Origin: an uncultured delta proteobacterium
GTDB taxonomy: Bacteria; Desulfobacterota; Desulfomonilia; UBA1062
DNA: 64,000 nucleotides
Reading direction: 5' to 3'
Assembly (NCBI GenBank): GCA_963785235.1
Contig: CAWAUM010000012.1
Span: 192,001-256,000 of the forward strand
The translations under genes and the position numbers were made by a program. The notes beneath the pieces were generated by a model. That model was not told the origin of the DNA. It searched no databases and worked only from the letters and a program-made list of their open reading frames with translations. Of this stretch, positions 39,838 to 49,836 are shown in pieces. Position 1 is the stretch's first letter. Every line of letters starts with the position of its first letter.

Positions 39838-41913
39838 ATGATTCTATTTTTCTATGGAATAACCGCATTCGTGAGCCTGCTGGGGGGGATGATCATCCTG
39901 TCCCGCAGCGGGGCCTCGCATGGGAGGGCTATCGCATGCGGGCTGCTTGCCATTGCAGCCACTGAGATCAGTTACCTCATTTATTATCTCAGAGAAACCT
40001 TGTTGGCACTCCAGGCAGCATCGTTCTTCGAGTTAGCCTCCATCAGCTTTTTTATCATTTCGGTTATTTCCATGGAGAGAAACATTTCGAGAAATATTCA
40101 AATCGTTCACTTGACACGCCGTGGCTTGATCCTGGTCTGCACCCTCTACGGATTAACACTTTTAATCTACCCGGAAGCCTATGCTTATATACACCTCGAC
40201 GATGTAGTGGTCATCGACTGGCTTGGCCGTATCCAGTCTTTTCTTCTCATGGTCGGTGCTATTGCATTTATCTGGCTTATGGAGAACATCCTCAGATCTT
40301 CCCAAGGAGTCAGCAGAAGAGTACTTAAGTACCCTGCACTAGGCTCTATTTCTGTGGGCGCATCCTTGTGCATCACCTCCATCTACAGGCTCAGCACCAA
40401 CAGCATATCTAACGACATTCTCATCCTTTGCTCGCTGATTACCCTGGTGGGTGTTGTATTCCTCATCTTCTTTTCCATACGGTTCAAGCTGTTTGAGATG
40501 GATATATTCGTTTCGCGTTACGTGGTTTATCACTCCATCACCTTTATCAGCATCGGCACATATTTGTTATTCACGGGTCTCGTCCTTTTCTGGGTCACGC
40601 ACCTGGGGATAAAGCTGTCTATGGTTACCACGGGTTTTGTAGTCTTCCTTGCACTCATCCTTCTTTCCATCATCATCCTATCCCCTGAAGCCAAAGCCCG
40701 CATACAATTTTTCATCAATACCCACTTCTTTGCCAATAAGTATGACTACCGAAAGGAATGGGGTGAACTGAGCGCCTCCCTGTCAATTGCCTTCAACGAG
40801 AATCAGATCATTCACCTTACATCCCAGATAATCCTCGATAGCATGTACATTAGAGAGCTTACCATCTGGATACTTGAAGGAGAGTCCTACAAATGCGCAT
40901 TCTCCTTTCCTAAGGCCTCTGGAGATAACCTCATAAGCGATAAGCATCTCATCATAAGTTACCTGGCCAACAACCCCTATTTTATAAGAAGAACACCCCG
41001 AAAAACTAACGATACGCTTTGGGAGGACATTGTAAAAAATCATTCCGACTTCCTTAACCGAAACAAGGTGGAGCTCGCAGTAGGAATGATGGCAGGTACC
41101 ATGATTGGTTTTATTGCTATTGGCCAGGAGAACCCTGGTACACCTTACGGCCAGGACGATATTGACCTCCTGAACGCCGTTGCATCCCAGGCAAGCGCTG
41201 CCCTTATGAGTGCACGCTATGCCAAAAAACTTGCCGAGAACAAGGAGCTCGATACGTACAATCGCATGTCTGCAACCGTGCTTCATGACCTTAAAAACGC
41301 GGCAGGACACCTTTCCCTTATCCTCCAGAATGCCCCTAAACATATGGATCAGGCAGAATTCCGCAAAGACATGCTTGACACCATCTCAGAGGCCCTTGCC
41401 CGGATAGACAAGGTCATGAACAAACTCAAGGCAATCCCTGAGAATGAAGAAATCCATACGAAAACCTTCAAAATCAAACCCTTCCTTGAAGAGCTCCTTG
41501 CCGGGCTCAGGCCCAGACTGGAACATATCCAGGTCATACATAATTTTCAAGGCGCATTCGAGCTTACCACTGATCCTGATATCTTATACAAAATACTCGA
41601 GAATATCATTGTGAACGCCACTGAAGCAGTCGGGGATGATGGGAAAATAACAATTGCTGCTGGCATAAAGGGAGATTCAACGGTTTTCACCATCACCGAC
41701 AACGGTGTAGGCATGACGGATGAATATATCCGGGAGAAACTCTTCAAACCTTTCCAGACCACCAAGAACAAAGGCACCGGCCTCGGGCTGTGGCAGGTTA
41801 AAAATATGGCTGACCAGCTCAGGGCAAGAATTGACGTGAAGGCGAATCAGGACCGGGGAGTTACTGTCTCCGTATGGTTCCCTCAAAATCAATCCAGGCA
41901 AGATACACCATGA
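39838..41913 (+). CDS. prsK: PEP-CTERM system histidine kinase PrsK
   Basis: Multi-TM N-terminus, HFFANKYDYRKEW, GAF, LHDLKN H-box, LFKPFQTTK..GTGLGL; adjacent to PEP-CTERM genes. Confidence 0.92.
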   Translation: MILFFYGITAFVSLLGGMIILSRSGASHGRAIACGLLAIAATEISYLIYYLRETLLALQAASFFELASISFFIISVISMERNISRNIQIVHLTRRGLILVCTLYGLTLLIYPEAYAYIHLDDVVVIDWLGRIQSFLLMVGAIAFIWLMENILRSSQGVSRRVLKYPALGSISVGASLCITSIYRLSTNSISNDILILCSLITLVGVVFLIFFSIRFKLFEMDIFVSRYVVYHSITFISIGTYLLFTGLVLFWVTHLGIKLSMVTTGFVVFLALILLSIIILSPEAKARIQFFINTHFFANKYDYRKEWGELSASLSIAFNENQIIHLTSQIILDSMYIRELTIWILEGESYKCAFSFPKASGDNLISDKHLIISYLANNPYFIRRTPRKTNDTLWEDIVKNHSDFLNRNKVELAVGMMAGTMIGFIAIGQENPGTPYGQDDIDLLNAVASQASAALMSARYAKKLAENKELDTYNRMSATVLHDLKNAAGHLSLILQNAPKHMDQAEFRKDMLDTISEALARIDKVMNKLKAIPENEEIHTKTFKIKPFLEELLAGLRPRLEHIQVIHNFQGAFELTTDPDILYKILENIIVNATEAVGDDGKITIAAGIKGDSTVFTITDNGVGMTDEYIREKLFKPFQTTKNKGTGLGLWQVKNMADQLRARIDVKANQDRGVTVSVWFPQNQSRQDTP

Positions 41914-41987
41914 ACTATAGCAAAGACCGAAGGTTATTGAGGACAAAGCACATCTGAAAAAAATTCTCAGCATTAGGGGTCTAAGAC

Positions 41988-43346
41988 ATGAAGGATCAGA
42001 TACTGATCATTGAAGATGAATCAAGTATGGCAAAACAGCTCAAGTGGGGCTTGAGCGACTCCTATGATATCTTTACCGCAACAAATGCCGCTGATGCAGT
42101 GCGTATTCTCCAGAGAGAGAGCCCTTTAGTTGTGCTGCTTGATCTTGGACTTCCGCCGTATCCTGACAGCGCAGAAGAAGGATTACGGCTACTGGAGGAA
42201 ATTATCCGGAAAAAGGACCAGACAAAGGTCATAGTGATCACCGGAAACACTGATAAAATGAATGCGGTAAGGGCTGTCTCGCTCGGCGCATACGATTATC
42301 ATACCAAGCCTGTAGATCTTGAAGAACTCAGGATCGTCATCAAGAGGGCAATCCATTTATCCCGGTTGGAAAACCAGGTTTCAGAGCTCCACTCAATGGT
42401 CGCCGGAGAATTGCAATTCCATGGAATGATAGCTACCTCCCAACCCATGTTGGACCTGTTCGAGCGCGCCAAGAAGGTTGCCCGCACCGATTACCCCGTA
42501 CTGATCGAAGGAGAGAGCGGTACCGGCAAAGAGTGTCTTGCAAAAGCAATCCATGCCATGAGCGACCGCTCCGATATGCCTCTAGTTATTATCGACTGCG
42601 GGTCCATACCGGAGAATCTCCTGGAAAGCGAGCTCTTCGGCCATGAGAAGGGATCGTTCACCGGGGCGCATGCCCGTCAGATCGGCAAGGTCGAAAGGGC
42701 TCAAGGAGGAACAGTAGTGCTCGATGAGATAGGCGAACTCCCTTTCCAGCTTCAGGTGAAACTCCTCAGGTTTATCCAGGAGGGCACCATTGAACGGGTT
42801 GGCGGCAAAGAGCCTCTCTCAATCGATGCCCGGATGATTGCCGCTACCAATGTGGACCTCAAAAAAGCGGTTGATAAAAACCTTTTCAGGGAAGACCTTT
42901 ACTATAGGCTCAATGTGATCCCAATGTCCATACCTGCACTGAAGGATCGACCGGATGACATACCGCTCCTGGCGAGATATTTCCTGGATTCTTTCAGCAA
43001 AGAGATCGGCCCGAGGTTTAAGGGATTCAGTTCCAGGGCCATAGATGTCATGATGAAGCATGACTGGAAAGGCAACATACGGGAGATGCAGAACAGGATC
43101 AAGCGCGCAGTCGTCATGGCCGAAGGCGATTACATCCAGCCGCCAGACATCGACCTTGGTGATACCACGGATGAAGGGATATCTCAGACCCTGAAAGAAA
43201 TTCGCGATTCGGCCGAGATCTCAGCCATAAGACATGCCCTGGCACGTAACATCGGCAACATATCAAAGGCGGCGCAGGATCTTGATGTAAGCAGGCCGAC
43301 TCTTCATGACCTTATTAAAAAACACGGCATTACTATTTCAAAATAA
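41988..43346 (+). CDS. prsR: PEP-CTERM-box response regulator, sigma54 enhancer-binding protein PrsR
   Basis: LDLGLPP receiver, GESGTGKE, ESELFGHEKGSFTGA, Fis HTH VSRPTL. Confidence 0.92.
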   Translation: MKDQILIIEDESSMAKQLKWGLSDSYDIFTATNAADAVRILQRESPLVVLLDLGLPPYPDSAEEGLRLLEEIIRKKDQTKVIVITGNTDKMNAVRAVSLGAYDYHTKPVDLEELRIVIKRAIHLSRLENQVSELHSMVAGELQFHGMIATSQPMLDLFERAKKVARTDYPVLIEGESGTGKECLAKAIHAMSDRSDMPLVIIDCGSIPENLLESELFGHEKGSFTGAHARQIGKVERAQGGTVVLDEIGELPFQLQVKLLRFIQEGTIERVGGKEPLSIDARMIAATNVDLKKAVDKNLFREDLYYRLNVIPMSIPALKDRPDDIPLLARYFLDSFSKEIGPRFKGFSSRAIDVMMKHDWKGNIREMQNRIKRAVVMAEGDYIQPPDIDLGDTTDEGISQTLKEIRDSAEISAIRHALARNIGNISKAAQDLDVSRPTLHDLIKKHGITISK

Positions 43347-43349
43347 GAA

Positions 43350-43583
43350 TTAACCAGGAAAGAGGTTCTTAAGCTCTTTCCTGAGTGTCTTTATTATGTC
43401 CTGCTTTTCCCGGTTAGTCTTCTCGACCTTCTCAAATCTCTGGGCAAGGGTTTCAACCTTCTCCTCAAGCTCATGAATCCGGGAGATAATCTTATCGAGC
43501 TCCGCCTTTATATCAATGTCGGAAGAGATGCCTTCCATCAGCCCCAGCAGGTCGTTGACCTTCTTGGAGGTATCAGGATCCAT
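43350..43583 (-). CDS. Small coiled-coil protein (last gene of the pom-like operon)
   Basis: MDPDTSKKVNDLL..., 77 aa, heptad-rich; start overlaps the upstream stop; GAGG RBS. Confidence 0.7.
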   Translation of the reverse strand: MDPDTSKKVNDLLGLMEGISSDIDIKAELDKIISRIHELEEKVETLAQRFEKVEKTNREKQDIIKTLRKELKNLFPG

Positions 43584-44340
43584 ACACCTCACGCTTGGCC
43601 TTAAGCCTGATATGCGACAGGGATGAATACACCCTGTCCAGTGCAATCTTGAGCTCGGCAATCTCATCTTCCAGCGGTTTTCTTTTATGGTATTCTTCCT
43701 CGAGCTTGGTTTCCAGTTCCTGAATTCTTGCAGTGCTAATACCCAGGTCCTTCTCGAGGATGGATACCTTGACGTCGAGCCTTGCCTTGTCCTGGATGTC
43801 TTTTGAGAAGCGCATGAGCCTTTCCTCAAAGGCCTTGCTTTTTGTCACCTCAGCATCAAAACCGATTGTCCTCTCATCGAGCATTCCCACCACATGCTGG
43901 ATATAATGGTCTGCATCATCGAGCTGTTCGTTCAGGAACAGGATCTCCCGATCCAGGAGCTTATGCTCCTGTGCCGCCATTTCGAGTTCGGCAAGATTTA
44001 CCTTAAGGCTTGAATTTTCCCGCCCGATCTCTTCGATGACTCTATCATGATCCTTGAGCTTGCGGGCAACGTCCTTTTTCTCAAAAAGGATCTGGGAGAA
44101 CTCAGTATTCAGATCCTCAATGGTTTCTACAGCCCTGGCAATGGTGGCATGAGCAATGTCTTTTGATACCATGGGGGATATAACCGGTTCTTTGTGGGCT
44201 GCCGGTGCAGGAGCGGTCTGCTCTTTGATCTCTTCCTGGGGCTTTATAAGTACCGGGTCTACATTCCAGGGCCTGTTGGGACGGCGCTTCTGCATCTTGG
44301 GCATCCGCTGCGCTACGCTTGTATCAAAACCGTCTTTCAT
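43573..44340 (-). CDS. PomX-like coiled-coil protein with N-terminal ParA-activating peptide
   Basis: MKDGFDTSVAQRMPK N-terminus, Pro/Ala linker, long C-terminal coiled coil. Confidence 0.7.
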   Translation of the reverse strand: MKDGFDTSVAQRMPKMQKRRPNRPWNVDPVLIKPQEEIKEQTAPAPAAHKEPVISPMVSKDIAHATIARAVETIEDLNTEFSQILFEKKDVARKLKDHDRVIEEIGRENSSLKVNLAELEMAAQEHKLLDREILFLNEQLDDADHYIQHVVGMLDERTIGFDAEVTKSKAFEERLMRFSKDIQDKARLDVKVSILEKDLGISTARIQELETKLEEEYHKRKPLEDEIAELKIALDRVYSSLSHIRLKAKREVYGS

Positions 44341-44433
44341 AGATAATAACTCCTCATTTCAATCTATTGGCATCAGAAAAAGATCCAATGCCCTTCAGGT
44401 TGCTTCCGAGCACTACGTTAACCATAAAACCGA

Positions 44434-45393
44434 TTAAAAAACAATCGGGAGATTGGGAAAAACCTCCCGAATAAAATCATTCAGATCTACCGAGCCTCTG
44501 TTCTTCGGTGCATACTGCGTAATAGGTATCCCTACACTCGCAGCCTCGGCAATTTTTATGTCCTGGCGTATCAATGTCTTCATAAGATAACCATTATAGT
44601 GCGTCTCCAATGCCTCTTTCGCCCGCTGGCAGATATTGTGGGATGCATTATAGTTATTCAGAAAGATATAGATATTCTCAAAGATGAATTCAAAGTCTTC
44701 CTCAATAGTCGATAACGTCTCGAAGAGGATCTTAAGCCCATGGTAAGACAGAAAATCCGCCAGAACCGGTACAAAAAGATCATTGCAGGCCAGGATGCCG
44801 TTCAGATTCAACAAGCCGATGGATGGCGAGGCATCCATGACGATAACATCATAGTCATTCTGGATCGCGGTTATACTCTTTCTCAGGCGCTGCTCACGGG
44901 CATTCATGGAAGTGAGAGCCAGTTCCACCGGAGAGAGGTCGAGGTTTGCAGGGATAAGCTTCAGATTTTTCATCTTGGTATTTATGATAATGTCGCGAAT
45001 GTCAGTCTTCTCGATAAGGACACTATATAAGGTGTTTTCAATGGAATCATGATCGATCCCGAGACATTGAGTGAGATGGCCCTGGGGATCAAGGTCCATG
45101 AGGAGTACCTGCATGCCGAGCTGAGCCAGCCTGAAGGCATAGAAGGCCGAACTGCTCGTCTTGCCTGTTCCCCCTTTAAAGTTGAGGAATATCTGTCTCC
45201 TTTTGGATGCTAACAAGGGAGGTTTTCCGAGGCTCTTGAGATAAAAGGGGATATCATGCGGATAATAGATACGGACGCCATCAGCAAGCTGGGGTTGAGG
45301 GAGTGTTCCCTCAATCTCCATTTTCAACAGGGACGGCTTTGAAATCCCGAGCAATGTTGCAAATTCCTTGGCCGTATATACGGTCTGTTCCAT
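44434..45393 (-). CDS. PomZ/AgmE-like ParA ATPase with N-terminal HTH-like extension
   Basis: RRQIFLNFKGGTGKT, DLDPQGH, NDLFVPVLADFLSYHGLKILFET; close to M. xanthus PomZ as recalled. Confidence 0.85.
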   Translation of the reverse strand: MEQTVYTAKEFATLLGISKPSLLKMEIEGTLPQPQLADGVRIYYPHDIPFYLKSLGKPPLLASKRRQIFLNFKGGTGKTSSSAFYAFRLAQLGMQVLLMDLDPQGHLTQCLGIDHDSIENTLYSVLIEKTDIRDIIINTKMKNLKLIPANLDLSPVELALTSMNAREQRLRKSITAIQNDYDVIVMDASPSIGLLNLNGILACNDLFVPVLADFLSYHGLKILFETLSTIEEDFEFIFENIYIFLNNYNASHNICQRAKEALETHYNGYLMKTLIRQDIKIAEAASVGIPITQYAPKNRGSVDLNDFIREVFPNLPIVF

Positions 45394-46050
45394 CTATGAG
45401 CGCTCCCTCATGATCTCCCACCAACCCTGCCACCTTGCAATAATCCACTCGAATTCCTCTGATGAAGCACCAAGGGGTTCTCCAAAATCCTCACCCGTGA
45501 GCCTTTTTAGGGTATGCGCAGCCTGCATTCTCACTTCATGAGATGTGTCTTCCAGTGCCTGGATTACCTGCTCCACATTTTCTATGGATCCCCATATGGC
45601 GATCAGCCTCAGACAGTCCTTCCTGACGGATTCATCCGGATCTTCTCTGCAGAGTCTTGCCACTGCGCCAAGAGAGCTCTTGTCATTCAACCAGAAAATG
45701 TAGCTGATAATCCTCCTGCGGACATAGGAGTCTGGGTCTTCAAGCCATTTGATCCCATCTTCAGGACGGAATGCGCCTCTACGGAAAAGATACCGTATGG
45801 CCCGCGCCCTCACCCTGGGGTCTTCATCCCGGGTGGCTGCATGGAAGATATTCGAGAAATCGGCCTGGGCATCAAAGAGGATGTCATAGATGGCAGTAGC
45901 CGTAGGCTTATCGGCATCTTTAAGGACCTCGGACAAAACCTTCTCTGGGTCCGGGATATCGTTGAGTATGGCCCTTGCAGCCATCTTCTTGATTTCAGGG
46001 TCTGCATCATGCAGGTCTGCGAGAATCTGGTTCAAGCCGATACCCTTCAA
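45394..46050 (-). CDS. HEAT-repeat protein (PomY-like position)
   Basis: Repeated D.D..VR..A units; stop TAG directly abuts the ParA ATG; likely TTG start at 46050. Confidence 0.8.
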   Translation of the reverse strand: MKGIGLNQILADLHDADPEIKKMAARAILNDIPDPEKVLSEVLKDADKPTATAIYDILFDAQADFSNIFHAATRDEDPRVRARAIRYLFRRGAFRPEDGIKWLEDPDSYVRRRIISYIFWLNDKSSLGAVARLCREDPDESVRKDCLRLIAIWGSIENVEQVIQALEDTSHEVRMQAAHTLKRLTGEDFGEPLGASSEEFEWIIARWQGWWEIMRERS

Positions 46051-46162
46051 CGAACCCTCCCCTTTTTGTATGTATGAATATAAAGGGGAAGGATGCAATC
46101 AGTCAAGCATATCAAAGAAAAGGATTTTATCCGCTCATGACTCCATGGTAGAGCAGTCCTTT

Positions 46163-48307
46163 ATGGGAGCCCTCATAGCCGATGTAGTCATTCTTACAAA
46201 CATACCCAAGATTCTCTCCTATTCTATCCCTGAAGGGGTATGCCCAAAGGTAGGTTGCAGGGTCGAAGCGCCGGTCAGGAAGGCGACAAGGATCGGTATC
46301 GTCATCGGCATCCACGAGGGAACTCAGACATTTGAAGGGTTAAAGGACCTCATATGCGTACTTGATGAGCATCCTTTCATAACATCCGAACTCATCGAGC
46401 TCATCACCTGGACTTCGAGATATTACCATGCAGGCATAGGCCCCTGCATGGCATTAGCCTTTCCCCCATACCTCAGGGGAGGCCGAACTATAACAATAGA
46501 TATAGACCCGGTCTTATTCAGGACCGATCGCATACAAACCAAGACCGGACCTCATCAGAAGGCCATCCTTGATTCCATACCCCATACAGGCATCCGATTG
46601 AGCGACCTCAAAGGCCGTATACCGCGGCATGGCCCAGAATATGAAAGGCCTCATCAATCGCGGCCTCATTGAGCTCAAGGAAGACCCTGTCAGCTACGTC
46701 CCTTCATGCTCACCAACACCGGAGTACACCCCGGACCAGCAGATGGCTGTTCAGGAGATAAGCAAGGCCATCAAGGCAGGCAGATTCCATACCTATCTGC
46801 TCCACGGGATCACAGGATCGGGCAAGACAGAGGTATATCTGGCAACTGCGATGGAGGCCCTCAGGCATGGCAAGTCGGTCCTCTACCTGGTCCCTGAGAT
46901 CGCCCTGACACCCCAGACCATCGACATGGTCAAGAGCAGGATACCTGTAGAGGTGGCGGTGTTCCATTCAGGCCTAGCCCCAAAGGAACGGGCAAGAGAA
47001 TTCATGAAGGTGGCCTCAGGTGGTGTCAACTTCGTTCTCGGTACCCGTTCAGCCGTCTTTTCGCCTTTGAAGGAAATCGGCCTCATCATAGTGGACGAAG
47101 AACATGACCACAGCTACAAGCAGGACGACGGCATACCCTACAACGCCCGGGATCTGAGCATCCTGCGGGCAAGGAACAACCAGGCCGTGGTGATCCTGGG
47201 CTCCGCAACGCCCAGCATGGAGACTTATCAACGCTCAAGGCTTATCCCATTCAAGCCTCATCACCATGCCGAACCGGATCGGCCCCGCAGCATTGCCGAC
47301 AATCGAGATCGTGGATATGAGAGGAGTGGAAGGACCACTGTCGGAAAGACTCATCACGGAGATGAACCATACCGTCTCCAGGGGCGAGCAGGTGCTGCTC
47401 TTCATTAACCGCAGGGGCTTCTCGGCTGCCATGGTATGCCCGGGATGCGGCAAGGTCCTCAGGTGCAAACGCTGCGACAGGAGCCTCACCTACCACAAGG
47501 CCAAAGGTTTAGGCCTGTGCCACTGGTGCGGCTTTACCATGAAATTGCCCGAGATCTGCCCTTCGTGCGGGTGTCTCGACATGAAGCCCATAGGAATGGG
47601 GACGGAACAGGTCATAGCTTCAGTGGAAAAGACCTGTGCGGATAAGCGCCTGATGCGTATGGACTCGGACGAGATAACGAGTGCAGCGAAATTGACAACC
47701 GCCCTCGATTCCATCAGGGCCGGCCATGTGGACATCATTGTGGGAACCCAGATGATCTCCAAGGGGCATGACTTCCCCAATCTTACCCTGGTGGGGGTGA
47801 TTTATACCGAGCAGCTTCTGCATATGCCCGGACTTCAGGAGCCTGGAAAGGACCTTCCAGCAGATAGTCCAGGTAGCCGGGCGCGCAGGCAGACGGAAGT
47901 CCGACACCAAGGTCATCATCCAGACCCTTATCCCGGACCACCCGCTTATCCACTCGATTTCACGCTATGATTATCTCTCCATGATAGAAATGGAAAAGGA
48001 GATCAGAAAGGCAACAGGCTTCCCGCCATTCTCCCACATGGCCAGGTGCGTGATCACCTCCATGAAAGACAAGACTGCGCGGGAGTTCTGTACTCAGATT
48101 GCATCGGTTGTCAAGATACAAGGCGTCGAAGTTCTCGGTCCTGCCCCGGCCCCCATTTCGCTTTTAAAGAACCGCAACAGATGGCATATTATTTTGAGAT
48201 CCAAGAATAGAGGCTCTCTTCACAAGGCCCTTGACATCATTGAACAGGTCCCATGTCCGAAGGAAGCGGACCTCAAGATCGATGTTGACCCTTATTCCAT
48301 GATGTAA
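46163..48307 (+). CDS. priA: Primosomal protein N' (three frameshifts near 46620, 47240, 47830)
   Basis: GITGSGKTEVY, LVPEIALTPQ, DEEHD.SYKQ, SATPS, NRRG, two Zn-finger pairs, KGHDFP, QVAGRAGR (shifted frame), GPAPAP, IDVDP. Confidence 0.92.
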
Positions 48308-48320
48308 GGCTAAAAAGTCT

Positions 48321-48449
48321 TTAGGGTTTCCTGTAGGAAAGTCTTCGGACCAGCTTTGCCCGATCCTTGAGCTTGATCTTCAGATAGCATGGGCTCAAGA
48401 TGAGGCTTTTAATAACTTCTTTCATTGTCATCCCTGAACTCCTTTTCAT
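48321..48449 (-). CDS. Small basic hypothetical protein (42 aa)
   Basis: GGAGG immediately before ATG; MKRSSGMTMKEVIKSLILSPCYLKIKLKDRAKLVRRL. Confidence 0.45.
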   Translation of the reverse strand: MKRSSGMTMKEVIKSLILSPCYLKIKLKDRAKLVRRLSYRKP

Positions 48450-48571
48450 CCTCCATGATTGTGTAATCTTATATATCGGCAGAACCTGATCGTTTCTGGA
48501 GCGCTGATTCATCCTTGGGTATAATCGGTGAGCTAATGATAAAGGGAGATACTCTCAAGCAGTGCGGACTA

Positions 48572-48664
48572 TGGCGGAGAGAGAGGGATTCGAACCCTCG
48601 GTAGAGCTTTTGACCCTACATTCGCTTAGCAGGCGAACGCCTTCGTCCACTCGGCCATCTCTCC
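48572..48664 (-). tRNA. tRNA-Ser(GCT)
   Basis: GGAGAGATGGCCGAGTGG...TTCGC-CT-GCT-AA-GCGAA, long variable arm, GGTTCGAATCC...TCTCCGCCA. Confidence 0.97.
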
Positions 48665-48879
48665 ACCCGCAGCCTGTTCTAAAAAGAAGTCATTCAGAAC
48701 TTGCCGCAAACGCGACATACTAACAACATTTAGCACCTATGAGTCAAGTGCTCTGATGCTTTGGGCAAACTTTCTCAGTACCCATGCGACATCATACTTG
48801 CAATCCCCAATAGGGTGACTTAAAGTGGGCTGGTATTTTTAAGTATTGCATTCAATCTGTTAAACGAGATCGGAAATCT

Positions 48880-49689
48880 ATGAACACGGAAATAACAACC
48901 TGGATTGAAGTAAAACCAATTGGTTTATTATCATTCCTGGTGTTCTCCCTGTTAATCATGAGCGGATGTTCCTTATGGCAAGGCAAGGCAGCCAAGGAAA
49001 TGCCTTGCCTTATCGCACCCGAGCGTATTGAGGGTCTCTATGGCACCAAGCTCACCTCAGCGGACTCACCGGGGAGGATGATACGTCTGAAGCTATCCCC
49101 TGGCCATCATTCGGAGATGATTACTGACACACTGGACGGCAAGCCCGCCCTGATCGAGAATGGGCAATGGGAATGCCGGCTAGCCTCAACGGTAACCGTG
49201 AAGCTGACAGGAAGGGTAGGCCAGAAATATGAGAAGCCCGAGGTCATCAACTTTACTGTAGATGGCGACAGCCTTTCAGCCATCCAGTACGATAAAGATA
49301 AATGGGGTAGTATTGATCTGCGCCTGGAACGCAACCCCGAAGTCACGGGAATAGTCTGGCGGCTCGTGCAGATCCAGTATGCGAACAACACGGCTCTAGT
49401 CCCTGAGGATCCATCAAAATACACGCTGATCCTGTCACAGGACGGAACGGTGACCGTGAGGGCAGACTGCAACCGGGGCATGGGGACATATCTGATGGCA
49501 GGCCCTTGGCTTGTCATGCGCAAACTCGCATACACCCACCAGATCTGCCTGGATAACTCTCTGTTTGACCCATACACCAAGGCGCTTGAAGCGGTTTCAT
49601 CATGCATGTTCCGGGAAGGGAACTTTTACATCATGCTCCAGACGGACAGCGGTGTCATGAAATTCGAGCCGGCAGTTGTAGGGCAGTGA
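48880..49689 (+). CDS. Lipoprotein with NlpE-like N-domain and META/HslJ domain
   Basis: Lipobox MSGC; WRLV, ADCNRG.G.Y, T...C META pattern. Confidence 0.78.
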   Translation: MNTEITTWIEVKPIGLLSFLVFSLLIMSGCSLWQGKAAKEMPCLIAPERIEGLYGTKLTSADSPGRMIRLKLSPGHHSEMITDTLDGKPALIENGQWECRLASTVTVKLTGRVGQKYEKPEVINFTVDGDSLSAIQYDKDKWGSIDLRLERNPEVTGIVWRLVQIQYANNTALVPEDPSKYTLILSQDGTVTVRADCNRGMGTYLMAGPWLVMRKLAYTHQICLDNSLFDPYTKALEAVSSCMFREGNFYIMLQTDSGVMKFEPAVVGQ

Positions 49690-49816
49690 AGGGTTAGAGA
49701 GGACTCAGAACAATTCTGAGGAGAAAACCTTACCCGTTAAAATCATGAATCTCGGCTTCACCGAGATTCATGATTTTAACGGGCCATTTTTTGGTTTTTT
49801 ATTGAAAAACATTTCC
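49690..49816 (-). repeat. Intergenic hairpin repeat element (copy C, reverse orientation, short loop)
   Basis: Perfect 23-bp inverted repeat 49733-49755 / 49761-49783 sharing the ccgttaaaatca stem base and flanks with copy A. Confidence 0.7.
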
Positions 49817-49836
49817 GAGCCGGAACATATCCACCC

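Noticed and set aside
44434-45393. Plasmid/prophage-type ParA partition cassette
   Set aside because: No parB, parS repeats or rep gene nearby; sequence signatures and neighbours fit a PomZ-type ATPase better.
46600-47850. Programmed frameshifting in priA
   Set aside because: Three independent shifts without canonical slippery heptamers, amid window-wide indels; sequencing error is more parsimonious.
48572-49700. tRNA-Ser as an integration site for a genomic island
   Set aside because: No integrase and no duplicated tRNA 3' end seen; flanking genes are housekeeping.
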